Origin: Oikopleura dioica
Taxonomy: Eukaryota > Animalia > Chordata
Length of the DNA stretch: 64,000 bases
Assembly: GCA_907165135.1 (NCBI GenBank)
Contig: OU015568.1
Span: 11,098,001-11,162,000 of the forward strand
Reading direction: 5' to 3'
Position 1 is the stretch's first letter. Each line of letters starts with the position of its first letter. Below are positions 61,217-64,000 of the stretch, piece by piece. The position numbers and the translations under genes are program-made. The notes beneath the pieces were generated by a model that saw nothing but the letters and a program-made list of their open reading frames with translations, did not search any database and was not told where the DNA came from.

Positions 61217-64000
61217 CTAATAATTGTTAATCCAGGCGTTTGGAGAACAGAAATTGGTTCTAGAACACTTTTGAACATAACTTTTGGCAGTGACTGTTTT
61301 GTAAAAATAATCTAAAGTGAATCGTTCATGGTTTCTAGCGGTAGCTAGATGCACAAGTGGAGGCAAAGACTTTGAGTGTCCCAGGAAAGGCAGAATCAAA
61401 TTCGCTCGTGAAAAAGGCAAACTGCTTGCCGCGCGCACAGTGCTTCTCGATTTTATTACACAGTAACTAAAACATACTGTTTAAAAGGTCTCAAGAAGCA
61501 ACTTTCTAAGTTATAAATTCTAACAGCCTTCCCTAATTTCAAATTTACTAAATCAGTAATTTGGACTAGAAGACTCATGGTAAAGTAACCTTGAACCAAA
61601 CAAAGAGCTTTTTTGAGAAGAGTCTTTCAACAACAACTGTTATGTATCTACTACTCACATCGTAGCCGCGTTCCTTGGGCGAGACAAAGGCAATTATTCT
61701 CCGTTTGACATCTGTAACTAAAAGCGGCCCGCGTTCCATATTGTGCGGAATTTGAACCTCGACAGTGAACTCGGCTTTTGTAAGACCATGCTTGCCATCG
61801 GACAACTCTCTGTAGAGCTCTTTCGACGACTGGTTGATGTCTCCTATTGTTCCAACAGAAATGTCTTTTATGTTTCTAAAAATGAACGTCATTTTGCGGA
61901 AATGCGTGAGTGGACAGAACACAAAAGATATCGATTGAATGAATTTGACTGTATTTTTTCTAACGTACCCATTTTTCATAAGAGCTTCACAATAAATAAC
62001 CTCATCCAAGTGATCTTCTATTCTTTTTTCACTATTTTCAAACATCTGCGAAACAATATGTCCATCAGACTTCGCCAGCACAACAGGCTCGCAGTTTTTC
62101 TGATGCGTTTTCCAATGTAAAACCTTCTCTAAATCAATATCAGTATTTCATAATCTACAGTACCTGGCAGTTGCGATCACAGTAACGAGCATAATGGCAT
62201 CGTGAGCAGCGCTTTGTTCCGTGGTGGCTGAGTTTTGCGCTTTAAAAATTCATCAGTCAGCAGATTTTACGAAAAAATGAAATGAGCTTATAAAATCGTG
62301 TGTTTGAAACGCAAGCTACTCAAAAACGTAAGCAATGATTTTTGGAATTTTCCTTTCTATTATTTCTATTGCCGTTGGACACCCCTCGAATTGGAGGGGA
62401 AGGATGGAAACTGACTTTGAGGTAAAGAAGTCAACACAAACCGCTCTTGGCCTGTGTAGAAACCTGAGCCAAGGTCTGGGACTTCTCAGACTCTGGAAGA
62501 GCATTAATAAGAGCCACGTAGCTGCTCCTTTCCAACAACGCCGCAAAGCGGCTTCGCCAAAATAGCCATCTCGATCGCGGATTTTGATTGAAACTCTTTT
62601 AAGTTTATACACAGGTTGTCGAGAACAGATTTTCCTTGATGCTTTTCAGAAACGAGGAGGTTACTCAATCTCGCTGGAAAAACGAGACCCGTTGCAGAGC
62701 CTGTTCGACTATTACATGAACCAAGCCGACTACGAAGATCACCCGCTCTACGGATCTATCCCTCAGAAAAGAGGCGCTGCTACTCAGGAGCAGCAAAAGC
62801 TTTATGAAAAATTTTAGATCAAAAGAAAAAGCAATATCATTATTCATTCAGTACGGGGACTGCACGAATTAATAAATACAGAGCAAAAATACTGTTCTTC
62901 ATGTCTTACCATTGCCAGCAGCGTGAAAGATCCTCTTTCATTGCAGCTCGTTCAAGTTGCGCTAGAATTCTGTGATCGACTCCTTCTGGGCATAAATCTA
63001 TTGGCAGCTTTCCGTCTTTATTTTGTACGCTTGCTAGTGCGCCTCTAGAATAATATTGTCATGTTTAGCGGATAGAAAAAAATGAATGATTAAATTAATT
63101 TTATGCTGGATAAAATTAATTCTCCTTTTCGATGAATTCGTGAACCTTTGAATAAGAAGCAATAAACAAGGATAAACACCAAATTTGGCGGCAATATGAA
63201 GTGGAGTATTCAATTTTTCATCTGTGCTTCGTAATATTTCAAAAATCTTATCAGTTGCGTAGGAGCCAACTATTATTCGCGCTATCTGCGGATTCGCATA
63301 CTAAATTTCCCAAATTTATATTCTGCGCTCGACGATGAGCTGTTTTTGGAAAGTCTGCCTTTATAGACGCTTTCAAAATAGCTCCATCTTAAATTTGAGT
63401 TACAGTACCTGGCCAATAGCATAGTCCAGCGGTGTGAGTCCATGGACACTATCTCTTATCGTAGGATCGGCATTTAGTTGTGTTAAAAGTTCAACGACGT
63501 TTTCTTTCCTGAAAAAGACTTTGATCAGGCTCATGATCTAGTGATTACGTAACCAGATCTTAGCGAACAGGCCCCTTAATTAGCTCATCCCTCTTTTCCT
63601 TTTATTAAATTGTCAAAGTATCAATTTGTTTCTAGTGGAGAAAAATTGATTTCAGCTTTCTATAATTATTTACTTAGTTACATAAGAAAGTCATATGATC
63701 GCTTGTTTTTCGCGAATTTTCTTTAACAGTAACGTCACAGCATCTCGCACTAGAACATATCAAAACGAGCCCTGCCCAATGTAGACTCGAAAATCCATGA
63801 CTGTCAGTATCGTTTATGTCATATTCTCCGGATAAAAGCGCCTTTTTCAGCAGTTCCTCGTGATCGTCCGCCTAAAAGTCATTCTCGTCTCCCAAATTCG
63901 ATCAATTCAAAAGGAGATTATTCTTGAATATTGTTGATTTTATATAGAAGAATCCAAATTAACCGGCTTGGTTCTGCCGGGATACCTTTACCGAAATGAA
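61217..64000 (-). CDS. Ankyrin-repeat and MYND zinc-finger protein; 5' end probably beyond the window, 3' end approximate
   Basis: Ankyrin motifs HGLTPLDYAIG, NTPLHIAAKFG and GALASVQNKDGKLPIDL. MYND CWQC|AKLSHHGTKRCSRCHYARYCDRNCQ|VLHWKTHQKNC is assembled across intron 62240-62909. Confidence 0.85.
62335..62817 (+). CDS. Putative neuropeptide/peptide-hormone precursor nested antisense in the MYND-gene intron
   Basis: Signal peptide MIFGIFLSIISIAVG, GT donor at 62422 and last exon with three KR sites (FQKR GGYSISLE KR DPLQSLFDYY...IPQ KR GAATQEQQKLYEKF). Middle exon(s) uncertain. Confidence 0.6.

Overview
This is compact eukaryotic (animal) genomic DNA with dense genes, many introns of about 35-70 nt, frequent non-canonical GA-AG/GG-AG/GC-AG introns and operon-like spacing. 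These features point to a larvacean tunicate such as Oikopleura dioica (inference). Genes in order: TCF/LEF with C-clamp (+, 5' end probably upstream of the window), TTLL12 (-), SMC2 (+), CDT1 (+), secreted Tyr/acidic Cys-rich protein (-), RING protein (+), OCRL/INPP5B (-), IBTK (+), MFS transporter (+), orphan ORF (+), single-pass TM protein (+), non-alpha nicotinic receptor subunit (+), GPI-type GH20 chitobiase (+), SLC38A9-like (+), SUV4-20 (-), spastin (-), PQLC2 (-), CCDC82-like (+), two head-to-head PNP paralogs, PDE6D (-), PRELI/Slmo (-) and an ankyrin-MYND gene (-). The most interesting signal lies in the few long introns. (1) A ~1.1-kb densely base-paired candidate ncRNA lies antisense inside a 1.3-kb GA-AG intron of TTLL12. 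(2) A 317-bp hAT-type MITE sits in a coding exon of the chitobiase gene and could be spliced out in frame as a new GT-AG intron. (3) An H/ACA scaRNA in CDT1 has two pockets matching U2 snRNA positions 41 and 39. (4) SMC2 holds a second H/ACA candidate. (5) A prohormone-like gene is nested antisense in an intron that splits a MYND finger. All gene models and RNA pairings were derived by eye, so exon boundaries and some starts are approximate.
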